Below, piece by piece: positions 36,701 to 48,576 of a stretch of DNA of 64,000 nt; position 1 is the stretch's first letter, and each line of letters opens with the position of its first letter. The stretch spans positions 188,978,001 to 189,042,000 of the forward strand of contig NC_058368.1 in assembly GCF_018350175.1 (NCBI RefSeq), given 5' to 3'. The stretch comes from Felis catus (Eukaryota). Made by a program: the position numbers and the translations under genes. The notes beneath the pieces were generated by a model. The model had not been told where the DNA came from and did no database searches. It saw only the letters and a program-made list of their open reading frames with translations.

Positions 36701-39700
36701 CGTTCTGTGAAAATGGAACATTAATGGTTTGTGAATCCGAAGATAGTTAACTGATGTGTGCATTCAATTAAGATAAGGGTTTTTTTTTCCCAGTTAAAAG
36801 ACTCCCCAGGAAGAGAGGCTTTATTCTCATTTCTGGGGTATGAGCAGTTAATGAAGAAAGCATATCAGAATTCCACCCATGTTACCCAGAGCTGCCTCAA
36901 GATTCCATACGATTTTCAAGTTACTTGATTAAAGAAAACTTGCCAGGTGAGATTAAACAAGCTGGAAGGTGATAATGGAGAAGTGTGTGTCATTTCTCAT
37001 CTTTCTTATGGATGACATCACCACCACACACCTCGCAGAAAATGGCTTTGGGCTTAAGCGTGATCCATTTTGGAAAATGTCCCTTTTTAAACTTGTGTCT
37101 TACTGGAGTCTAGTCTTTATATAGCATGTTTTGTATGTATGTATATTTTCTGGTTGAAGCTGGATAGTTTTGCTTGAGGCATCTTTTGTTGTTTGTTTTC
37201 TTGCATGTTGTCCTGAAGGGAAGGAGAACATCATCTCTTCCAGTGCATTAGCTAAATACTTCTGCGGGGGCAATCCAGTGTAAAGGGTGAACAAGTGGGT
37301 GGGTACTGGAGACAGACTGCCCGAGTGTGAATCCTGGTCCTCAGAGACTTCCCTTAGCAGCAGAAATGGTGAGGATGACAATATAGACTTCATAGGGATG
37401 ACTACAAATTAATGATATATAATATAATGCTAAATCCAGTCTCTGGTACATTCTAGTTGTGCATCAATCACTATGGGCTACAATTTGGATCACATTTTCA
37501 TTATGAGAATTTAGGTCAAGTCAGAGCACGTTGTTTTTAATCCCAGGTGTTTTTGCAAAACAGACTTTAAGAGAGACTGGTATTGGTTTAAAAAAAAATG
37601 TGGACACCTTATAGACATGCCCCATGATGCCTTCAGGATCCTGGGAGCCTTTGTTGGTCTTCCATATAGTTAGTGTTCATTTTATAAAATGGCAGGGCCA
37701 TTTGGGTTTGAAATGGACAGCATTTATAGGAGATGGATCTTGTAATTAAGATGTTTCTGTCTGAAGGACAGGTTTGATGTCCTTTGCCATAGGTGCAATT
37801 TAATCACACTTCTTTTCCCTCAACCCAGATTAACAGCCTCAGTTTTTTCATCTGTAAAATAGGAATACCTACCTCTCAGGGTGTTGAAGAAAAAAAAATA
37901 AGTTAACAAAAGTGGAGTGGCAAGTACCATTCCTCAATAAATGATACTTTTTATTTTAAATCAAGCTTACATGGAAGACTGATGTAGGGGACTTAGGGTA
38001 GATTGGGTTGCAGCACTTGAGTTTTCCTTCTGATTTAACTGTTAACTGGCTGTTTGATCTTGCATTGGCCACTTAAGGTCTCCAAATTTGGTTGTGTTTG
38101 CTGGAAAAGAAGGGCTCTTTGCAGCAGTAAAGTTCTGAAATTGATTGAATGGAGTGTGTCCCTCTCCTGACCATATCAAGATCAAGTTGTTAATTCCAGA
38201 GTTAGAAAGGAGGCTTAAAGAAATGTATTCTTACCTAAAAGTTGTTTTGGGAGCTTTTGAAAAATCCAATCCAGTATGTTTGATTTTATTCTTAAAGGGT
38301 CACAGTGCCTATTGTGCCAATGTAATCATAAAAATTTTCCATCTGGGAATAGGTCAGTGGTTTATCAAGCTTGGTCTCTCCCCCTACACATATGTCCCAA
38401 CCTTCTGAAAAACCCAGCAATGATATCTGACACAGTGGCCTCAGGCAAAGTGATTGCCACAGATAAAGTTAAATATGCATTTTCACTTTCTCCAAATTCA
38501 CCAGCCTCCAATAGGGGCAAACAGATTATAGAAAATATGGAAGGAAGGTCACTTCTTCTTCCTCGTTCCCATTTACTATCTATTCTAAGAAGCTCCATTA
38601 CACCCATTAATTTAGAGAGGATTGGGAGATTCAGTTTGGAGAATTTCAGTTTCTACTTCCCGTTTAAAGGAAGAAGGTCCAGGGGAGTCAGTCGGAGCAG
38701 GAATGGTGTCTTCTTGAAACACAAGATGACATTTCTGAAGGCTGACAAGGCTGGTGTGGGCCTGCACCCACTTGGAAAAATAGACTTGTTAGGAATGATT
38801 TGTGTAGCCTCCAGGCCTACTTTGGGGGATATCTCTGAATTCAATGATGGTTCAGTCTCTAGGCTTAGCCCTTCATCCTTTCCACCCACAGCCAATTTGC
38901 CCACCAAAAAGCTGTCCTCACTTCTAACTAACCATCAGTGTATAGTGTATCTCCATGCAAGTTTCTGTCCTTGAGAATTTAACCTATCAAAGTATCAAAG
39001 TGACTTTTCTTAGTAAAAATTAGTTTACTATTGCTCTATGAGCAGAATAATGCTTTTCTCCAACAGCATACTGTCATAAAGTCTATTCATGATACACATA
39101 TCTTAGGAGAACCATTTGCAACTCTTAAAAGGGCAAAACGGAGATATTAACTAAATGTCTTCTCAAGAGCTGGAAATAACCAAAAGCAGCACTTGCCAAT
39201 GAATGAAAACAATCATGATATCCCTTAAATATGGACTGTGCCATACAATCCTTAAAAGTTCCTGGCATAACTTTGACTAAGCCTATCTCCCACCCCTATA
39301 CCCACCTGTCCTTGGTATTTCATGTGGATTAGGGAAGTCTTCAAACACTTGGGATGAGAAGTGGAAAAGATCACAGCCTAGAAGTGGAGGCTGGTTTGTT
39401 TTTTCTGTTTACATTAGTGGCCCACCAGGGTGTTCGCTCACAGATCATCAGCAATAGCCAGTGTTTCCTTTACCTCCTGGACAGTGTGTTCCATGTTCCA
39501 GTTAGACCCCCACTTCCTTTTTCTTTTTCCTTTGTATTTACAGGACAAATGCTATCAGCATGGTGACTGCTCTCTGATGCTCTTTCTAGATCCCTTCTTC
39601 TTGGGGCCTAAGTTCAAATAGGAATCTGGAAGGCTTTGGGTCAGTAAATTAGTGACTGAGACATTCTCTTTAGCTCTTAAGAGTTGACATAGGCTTTTAC

Positions 39701-40789
39701 AGAAACTCGGTAAAGGTATACAACACAAATAGTCTTCTGTGCACCTGGCTTAGGTGGGTGGTTCTAGGCTTTTCCTTTCTGAAGGTCAGAACCAGTGTCA
39801 AATTTACAGCAAACCCACTTATGATGCTTGCTGTTCCCTTTGGTTTTTATCGTCACAGTAGGTTTAACCTGACCAAGAAGTAATTACGCCATTATTTTTT
39901 ATGTGGTGCTTTATTACTTGCTTTTTAAAATTGGTTTCCAGCATCTCATGAGCTAATAGCAACAAATGTGTGATTGTAATGTTCACTCCGTCAGGAGACG
40001 TGGGGTTATTGCGGAAGTGGCCACATACCCATTGCCCACACAATAACTGTCACTCCAAAACAAGTGAATTGCTTAACTAAACATCTATTGATTGTAAGTC
40101 ATCAGGGACCAATATTAAGACCACCAGAATCTAAAGAAGATTAAGTTCTGGCTACATATACAGATGTATTTTGTCAACATTTTGGTCAAGGAGACCCATT
40201 CCTCTGTGGTTTACAACTCCAAATTTGGGGTGAGTTAGAAGCAGTAGAACAAGAACCTCATTGAGGTAACCGGTGAGTTACCAACTTGGTTCTATCCACT
40301 TCTTAAAAGACAGGTGTCAAGATCAGGAGCAGAAAAAAAAAAAAAAAAAAAAAAAGAGCCATGGAAATCCCCTCATCTTCACCCCTCCTACCATACTAAA
40401 AGGAATGATCAAATCTGAATGTGAACTTGGCATCATAACTTTTGCCTCAGGACACCTGGAATTCTACACTATTGTTGGGACTGACTTGACTCCAATCTGG
40501 AATTGAGCATCCTCTATGTCTCTTATACCTCTCGTGATTAGCTAAGCTTCAGTTGGGCAAACAGGTTTGCCAAACCCTTACTCTCTTGGTATGTTCAGAT
40601 CTTTGGGGATTGTTGAGTGAGATAAAAGAAAACTAGACCCTCTGGATTAAGGCATTCATGAGTTTCCTAAAGTTGTGTTTGTCACCTACACTCATGATCT
40701 TGGAATGGTCTACGTTTGACAGTTTCTCGTCAGACCTCTCCTGGTTGATTACCCAGTTAGATCAGATTAGTGCGGACAACCCCTGTCCT

Positions 40790-41760
40790 TTTAAGCTCCC
40801 CATTTGATTTCAGTGCCATTATTTTCTCTCCTGGTATTCCTTCTACTTTTTTGACCTGCCTTTGTCCTTTGTCTCTGAATCTTTTTCTAACTATTCCTTA
40901 ACAGTTATTGTTTACTATAGCACTGTCTGTCCCTGGTTTTATTCTCACACTAGTAGTTTCAGGTATTAGAGGCCTATATCTTGACATTGTCTATAACATC
41001 AACTCCATCCTTGATCTTTTTCCTGAGTTTCAGTCCTTTGTTTCCAACTGCCTACTAAAGATTTTTACATGGATGCGCTACTGGCACCTAAAAAGCATGT
41101 TTGAAATGGAACTCATCATTTTTTCCTTCCGTATGTAATTTTCTTCTTGCATTCTTTATCTTGCTGAATGGCTACTCTATCCACTCAGTCAGATATATTA
41201 GAAATGCTAGAGTCATTCTCCATCCTTTCTTATTCCTCACACCTAATATGTTACTGAAGTCATATAAATTCTAACATACCTCTGAAATCTGCTTTTTCTC
41301 CATGATCACTTCATCCTTAGATGGTCCTTCATTTTCCATTTGGATTATTACAAAAGTACTGACTTTAAAAATCCATCTTTCATTGGACTTCTGTGGTTAT
41401 GCCTTTGAAATATAGATCTGATTGTGTCACTCTTATGGTGTGGAAAACCTGAAAGAGCTCCTTATGGCCTACCAGATAAAGTTCTTATATGAGACTCAAG
41501 GCCAGTATGTTACTCACGGTTACTCTTCAGTACTTTCCTCCCAGTGTATAAGCTCTGCTCTCCACAAACTGTATTATTCAACCTTATTTGAACACATCAT
41601 GTCCTTTTATAGCTCTTGCCTTTGCTCATGCTGTTCCTTTTGCCTGGAATGCTTTTCCCACCCTTTTCAGTAGAAAAATTCTATTTATCCTTATACTTTC
41701 AACTTAAATATGACTTCTTTGATAAATGTGTCCTTGACTCCACTACAGAGAATTATTGTT
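40790..41760 (+). mobile_element. LINE-2 fragment
   Basis: Pyrimidine-rich with L2 signatures: TCCAACTGCCTACTAAAGATTTTTACATGGATG, GGAACTCATCATTTT, CTTTGCTCATGCTGTTCCTTTTGCCTGGAATGCTTTTCCC. Confidence 0.8.
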
Positions 41761-42384
41761 TTCCTTCCTCTGTGCTGATTACAGGCCTGGTTCCCCCCTG
41801 GATTATGTACTCCTCAAGGGTATATCATGGTGCCTAGAAGAGTTTTTCCAACTCAATTGTCTCTAGCTGGGGATACACAGGAAACTGGGCTTGGGTTGTA
41901 CTTGTCTTTCTTTTTATCTTCTTCATCATACAACTTTATATACAGCAAAAAATCCAGTTTTATTGGATTAAGCAATGTAAAATATCCCAAGTCTGGGAAA
42001 GAATCCCATTAATTAGGTGTTTCTTACTTTTTCCTTTGTTCCCATCTGGTCACAGGATTTATATTGTTTTAAAACACTTGTGTCTTCTCCAGGCAGAGCT
42101 CTATTTTAGAGTGAAATTTGAGAATTAGAGGTGATGAATTCTCTGAACTATAATTTCAAATTAGTTTAAGTGAAAGAAGAAAGGCTGAAGCCCAGGGACA
42201 AGTGAAGCATACTTGATGTTCTCCTAGAATACTGCATCTTATTTATCATGTTGTTTTGAAATCTGTGTCTTTCTGCCCCTCTAGATCTGGGAGTTCTTGA
42301 GAGTGGGAAATATGTGAATAGTCTAATTCTGTATTCCCCACATCTGCCCTTATTTCTAGCACATGGCAGGTATTCTATTAATGG

Positions 42385-42800
42385 TAATAATAACTGCCTG
42401 TTAAGTGTTTATTATGTGCTAAGCACTGTACAAATAGCACCACATCAAATTTTCCCTTTATAGATAAGGAAAACTTAAAGAATGTAAGTGACTTTTCCAA
42501 AAGGCATGTCACTGGGGCACCTGGGTGGCTCAGTTCGTTGAGTGTCCATCTCTTGATTTTAGCTCCGATCATGATCCCACGGTCATGGGATCAAGCCCTG
42601 TGTCAGGCTCCATGCTGAGTGTGAAGTGCACTCAAGATTCTCTTTCTCCCTTTGCTCTTCTCCCCTACTTGCGTGCTCTCTCTCTAAAAAGCCAAAAAAA
42701 CCCAAAAAACAAAAAACAAAAAAACCCAAAAAACAATAGGTATATCACTGGTCAGTGATGTAGCCTGGATGCAAATCTAGCTTTGTTTACTCCAAAAGGG
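42385..42800 (-). mobile_element. MIR interrupted by a Can-SINE
   Basis: TTATTATGTGCTAAGCACTGT … TTTATAGATAAGGAAAACT … AAGTGACTTTTCCAAA, resuming after the SINE at GTCAGTGATGTAGCCTGGATGCAAATCTAG. Confidence 0.65.
42514..42737 (+). mobile_element. Can-SINE with a (CAAAAAA)-type tail
   Basis: GGGGCACCTGGGTGGCTCAGTTCGTTGAG. TSD AGGCATGTCACT (42502-42513) / AGGTATATCACT (42738-42749). Confidence 0.94.
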
Positions 42801-43022
42801 AAGAAGAGTGTGCTGCTAGAGAAATGCAAGTCAGACGAAGTCTGGGGTAGGTGACAGAGGTTTCTCTATGGGATATGTGTTAAGACATATGCAAGACATA
42901 TAAGGAAAGGACTAGAACAGATTGCAGATAGAAGGGGCTATGGAGAGCAAGTAAAGCATAGGAAAAGTCCTGGGGGCCAAAATTATTAGAGGCCTGTTCT
43001 GGAGGCCTAACTTGGCTGGTCT

Positions 43023-43268
43023 AGCAAAGAGGTTAAGAACAGGGCTCCAGAGTCAGACTGCTTGGGTTTTCACTCCTCGGTTCTGCGGATTTAGGCAAGA
43101 TACTTAACTCTTCTAAGTCTCAGGTTCCTCTCTGTGCAATGGGAATAACAGTAGCTATTCACTGTAGGGTTGTGGTAAAGATTAGATAGGTCAATCCCTG
43201 TAAAGTGCTTGGCACATAGTAAGTCCTTAGGAAGCGTTTAGCTAATGTTGCTGCTATAATAATTATTG
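43023..43268 (+). mobile_element. MIR, full length
   Basis: GGTTAAGAACAGGGCTCCAGAGTCAGACTGCTTGGGTT … GGCAAGATACTTAACTC … TGTAAAGTGCTTGGCACATAGTAAG. Confidence 0.85.
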
Positions 43269-43294
43269 TTGGAAGAAAAGAAACACATAAATGA

Positions 43295-43832
43295 ATGCAA
43301 CAGGAGTGCCGTGGGGTATTTTAAATTTGAGGGGAACCATTTAACACTGTAAGTCTATTGGATACCACGCAAATTACTAGTTCAAGGTAGTGCATATCTT
43401 AACATTAGATTGCACTGCATTCCTTGTCATAGTGCCATAGCTTTGCAAAGCTTAGTTATCAGCAATTACTGTGATCAGATGGAAGTCTCATGTAAAAATT
43501 AATGCAGAAGAGGAAAGAGGGTGGTGGTATCCAGTCTTATTCCAAAATTTAAGAAGTTATGCAGTGCTCGACAGAAGCACACATATCCCATTAGAAAGTA
43601 ACTGTGATTGTTTTAGAATGAAATAAAAATATTACTATATTATTTTTTCTTCCAATTTCTTTGTATGGTTTTTCAAATGGCTGCTATGTTGTTAGGATAT
43701 AAATATCAGGCGGTTTGGACCTAAGTAGTTAATAAACAGAGCTGCTGAGCATTTCTTTCCACTTGGAGGTGCTGTGGAAAGATTGCTGAGCTGCCCAAGG
43801 TGCTATGAGTGGAGAAAGTCTGAGAAGCTCTG
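43295..43832. mobile_element. hAT-Charlie-type DNA transposon fragment
   Basis: CAGGAGTGCCGTGGGGTATTTTAAATTTGAGGGGAA start, and Charlie-like terminus GGTGCTATGAGTGGAGAAAGTCTGAGAAGCTCTG. Confidence 0.55.
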
Positions 43833-46229
43833 GAGTAGATAATGAATAAAGATATAATCACAACATATGTGTGTTAAGGCTACAGAGAAAAGGGTTCTGA
43901 CTCTGTTCAGGTAGAGGAGACTTGAGTCTGAAGCTAATGATACACAGCAATAATAATCATGTAAGTCAGGTCAATACTGAAAATGGCTGACATCATTTAT
44001 TTTATATCAAGATGCCATTTAGTTGGACTGTAGGCTGATGATAACGTCTAGGCTTATCTGCAAAGCCATTGTAGCTCTCTTGGTAACATACTTGTTATAA
44101 GTGCTCTTTAACTTATTAAAATACTACCGAATAATCAGTTAATCCTCTAATCCCTATTCCTGTCTTATTAGTGGATTAATGGATTATTTGGAGTCACTTT
44201 TCTTGGGACTTTTTCCCCTCTCAATCTGTCTAGAGAATCCTGCTATAACATCATTATCCAGCTCTTCTGAAACCTGTCCACCGGTTTAGAGGAAGCAGCT
44301 CTGTGAACAGTAGGAGTAATTTTTTGAGTTGTCTCATAAAACCATGATATTAACAATCACAAGTAGGACCTTAGCCCAGAACTCTGTGCTTGGTTAGTGC
44401 GGGGCTCAGAGAAGGGTTTTTTAGCTTTGGAGTCGAGACTTGGTGCTGTTCCCTGCTGAGAGCCATAAGTTACTGGTAGCTTGTTCTAGGAGAGTAATAA
44501 GTATTGTTGTTTAGCAATTGTGTTGTTGAAATTCAGCTCCACTATGTCTGACAGTATTTATCTAAAATACTTTCCCTGGTGCGTGTTCAAGTTCCAGTAA
44601 ACCGTGTCTTATTGTGCGACCTTTTCATTTTCCAGTGAAAAGGGATCAGCTCGTCAGATAAAAGCTACAAGCCAGAGTACAGGAAAAATGCGTGCTCAGA
44701 AAATCCAAGCATGATTGAAAACAAGATGTGTTAAATCAATGCGGTTTATCGCCTGCCTATTCCCGGCAATTGCTGTTCTAAGCTCATTCTGAACACACAC
44801 TGGATGATAAAACTACGGTGTCAAGCACTCGCTGGGGTGGGAACGCAAGAAAACATGTTTATCAGACAGGCTGTGTGATTTTACCCCCTTGATAACAGTT
44901 ATTGTCAAAACTCTTTGGAAAGAAATCTGAAGAACAATTATAGAAGGAATATTACTCCTGTTATATCAGAAGATATGCCAGTCGGGAAGAAAATTATAGA
45001 TTTATCCTTAAATGCTAAGAAAGACAGACTGTTGGCTTTCAATACTTAAACACCATCATCAATTACATGGTGAAAATCATCCTTCTCTTCTAGTTCAAAT
45101 GAGCAAATCTGGCTTTGGAAACCTAATCACGAGTGATCTTTTTTTTTTTTTTTTTTTTAAATCATAAAGTGAAAAGGATTGAAAGGCAAAAAAAAAAAAA
45201 ATCATGAAGATCTTTAAGCTTCTGTTTGCTTGAGGGATTTAATTCTAGTTTTAAACTTGTATCAAATTTGGAAATCTAAATTAAGACTCCTGAAAGGCCA
45301 AGCTGTTCAGAGCACATCATATGCAAGAACAGGGGCAACTTTTCTCATCAACTTTATTACAATTAGAGAGCAGTACAGTTTTCCCTAATTATTGTACATT
45401 CACCTACTTCCCATTTTAGACAGAGCTTAACCCTCCAGGGCGATAAGGGGGTCTGTTTATGGAGAGTTGTTCCACTTCTGTCAGTGACTTCTCGCCAAGA
45501 ATCATCTAGAAAATACCAACTGGTTGTGACATGAAATTAGTGGGTTTTATGTATCTTAACAGCATTCTGTGTTCTCTTTTTCCCAAAGGACAAATCAACC
45601 TTTGAGAGCCCAACTCAAACATGACAGAAAACTCAGCTTTTTGGTCATTTGTGGGAAAAGTTTCAAATACGAGGGTGGCCTCCCCCGAGACGGTTCGTGT
45701 TTGTCGATGGCTGAGTCATCAGTGGCCAAGTCAGGCTAAGTGACTTGCTCACCTGTACAGAGTCAGGGGTCTGTGCATAAGGGTTCTTCCTTGGGGCAGG
45801 TTTCCATTTCACAGATACTGAGTGACAAAGAAGCCATTTAATGGATTTGCTAGCAGAACTTGTCAATATGTTGCAAATTGGGATTCATTAATATTAAAAT
45901 AAAGTAGTCATCCTGGAAGAGTAAGTAAAGCACCTAGGCTTTTGTTCTGATTTATACAGTTAGCACTGTCTGTGCCTCAGTTTCTCAAATCCCAATTGGG
46001 AGCGATGATTTTTGACATTTATGGCACAGCATATTGAAGGAATCACTGAGCTAATGTCTATAAAGCACTTGATATTACTGGGAAAACAGTATTATGTGAA
46101 CTCAGGGTATGTTTAAAATGACACCTCAACAAGTAATCATTATGATTATTAACATCTATTAAAAGTCTTCAGAGGTCCTTATAACTTAGAGAATAACTGA
46201 GGTTCAGGATGTAAAAACTTAAAAATTAG

Positions 46230-46665
46230 TTGTAACCTGTCTAAGTGTAAATTGGTATACATTTTGTAAAGGATAGTTAGGAAATATATGTATCAAAAGA
46301 CTTGAAAATGTGCATATTCTTTTATCTAAGAATCTCTCCTATTTTTCAATATAGTACTTCTTACATCAGTGAAAATTTGCAAGGGTTGGGGGGGGGAGCA
46401 TACACCCCCATGAACAGAGGATTTGTTACATAAATTATGGCCATCTATATAATGCAATATGCCATGACCCCTGGAAAGATTGAGGTGGATATAAATATGT
46501 ATATAATCTGTATTTATGTAAAACAGTATTGCGAAAATGTCTGAAAGCGTGGGTACTAATATAAGTAGTGGTTACATATGAATAGGAGTATCATGGGGTA
46601 TTGTTTTTTCCTCTTTTTTGTGTTTCTTTTGTATTTTTTATACAATAAGAATGTATTACTTTTCG
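46230..46665 (+). mobile_element. Old L1M 3' fragment
   Basis: GTGTAAATTGGTATACATTTTGTAAAGGATAGTTAGGAAATATATGTATCAAAA … TAAATTATGGCCATCTATATAATGCAATAT resemble the L1 ORF2 end/3' UTR. Confidence 0.6.
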
Positions 46666-46872
46666 AGAAACACTAAAGCTGTTTCCATTTTAAAAAAACA
46701 AAAGTATGTCGCTCAACTCTTTCTTCCGGCTTTTGATTGCTCTTGCTTGTGGAAGAGTTCTTAATTTCTAAAGGTACATAAGCTCTTTGCATTCCAGCTG
46801 ACAGCCCTCAGGGTCTTCCAGCTCTTTCTCCAGGAGCCCCAGCACGTCATCATCCTGGGCTTTGATCCGCTT

Positions 46873-46895
46873 CCCCCCCCCCCCCCCCCGCCCCC
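46873..46895 (+). repeat. C17-G-C5 homopolymer tract (G-run on the minus strand)
   Basis: Read directly. Confidence 0.9.
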
Positions 46896-48334
46896 TCACT
46901 TTCTCTCTTCAGTTTGTACCTCCTATGTACCCCTGGCCCCACTCTTTGTGGAAAGGACTTAGCCACACAAGCCAACTAGTACCTCTGATTGTACCTTTGG
47001 TAGAGAGAGAGAAGTAGTAATTCCTTTGCTTGGTTTTTGAGTCTCAGACTTCTTGCCACACATCGAGAAGTTTGAAAACTACAAATAAGAAGTCAGGGCG
47101 TGTTCAAACCCAGTTTGGAAATTTTGCTTTGGCTCCTATGTTGGTATATTCTGCCCATGTTGGCTTCATCCTGACACCCTCCTGGTTCAGTTACAGCTTC
47201 TGCAGCGCAGTGAGCCTCTTCCCAAACCTCTCCCGAACCTGACTGGCGCCTGAGGCAGGGAACTGGGTTGTAAAAGTATTTCACATTGAAAGCAGGGCTC
47301 TGCTTGCAGGGGATTTGGTTTTAGGTTTCTTAAAGAGTGTGTCGCTCACTTCCACAGAAGAGAAGACCGGAATACTGTTCATGCGCTAAACATCTAGGAA
47401 GATAATGAAATATCTAAGTGACTGGAAATGCAACAGATTTCTTCATTAACCATATTTCTGGCTCTTGTTTAGGTTTCTGGTTGATTTTTCGGTTTATATA
47501 TTTTAAAGTCAGTCTTCAAGATAGGTTTGTGAAGATAACTTGCTGTTTTATTGTTTACCTCTAGTTGTTAATTTAGTGACTGAGGGAAAAAATGGGGCCA
47601 TTATGGAACAAAAAGGCTCGCCTAACACATATGTAATAACTCTCATGCCCAGAATGGATCTGCCTTGAAGGGAAATGCTCTGCTGTTACTCCTTTAGTTC
47701 AAATATAGAGTAGTCACCAGGGAAGCTCGGAGACCCAGGTGCTGGTTTTATCATTGCCTGTGCTATGAGGTTTTATTTATTACTTGGCATAGAGTCTAGA
47801 TATTTGTTTGGACATTAAATGGCAATAGAATATAAATATTACCTTCCTAATATCTGCATTTCTTTTTATTTCCAGTCAAAATGACATCATGTCACACAAC
47901 CATTAAAAAAAGGAAATTAAAACCCCAGAAATATGTTAAAGCGCTGCAGCGAGTCTCTGAGCTATAAAAGCAGGGGAACTCTGCACTAACATTGGAATGG
48001 CACCGAAAGAGCTTTTCCTGTGCTGTTTGGGAACACAGCTCTCCAGCCCCTCATTTCCATTGTTTCCAGGAATTAAGTATTCAAGAAGTTCGGAAGGACA
48101 GAGGAGTGATTTCTCTAAAAAGAAACTCTGAAAAGAGAAAAGTCAGTTTTCATAACTGAGAATGCATCCTTCCTGACTATAAAATTTTAATTTGCAAATA
48201 AATCCCCTTAGAGAGAATTTCCTTACTTGATGTGTGTGAAGTGGATTTAAAAAAAGACTAAAGGCATGAAAAGGCCACAAATGGCATTTAGTTACAATTT
48301 ACTCATTACAGATGTTTTGAATGGATTTTGTAAT

Positions 48335-48405
48335 TTTTTTTTTTTTTTGAGAGAGAGCATGTGCACGTGTGCACATCAGTGGGAGAGGGGGCAGAGGGAG
48401 AAAGG

Positions 48406-48457
<52 letters not shown>

Positions 48458-48576
48458 CCCAAGCAGACTCCCTGCTGAGTGCAGAGCCCAACACAAGGCT
48501 CAGTCCCAGGACCCTGGGATCATGACCTGAGCCAAAATCAAGAGATGGATGTTCACCTGAGTCACCCAGGTGCCCC
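48335..48576 (-). mobile_element. Can-SINE with an expanded (GA)n tract
   Basis: Ends GAGTCACCCAGGTGCCCC. Perfect 13-bp TSD TGGATTTTGTAAT at 48322-48334 and 48577-48589. Confidence 0.95.

Noticed and set aside
38276..38974. 232-aa ORF, the longest in the window
   Set aside because: It has no recognisable homology and a Ser/Leu-rich composition typical of random ORFs. I saw no poly(A)/TSD of a retrocopy and no convincing splice sites. BLASTP or PhyloCSF would settle it.
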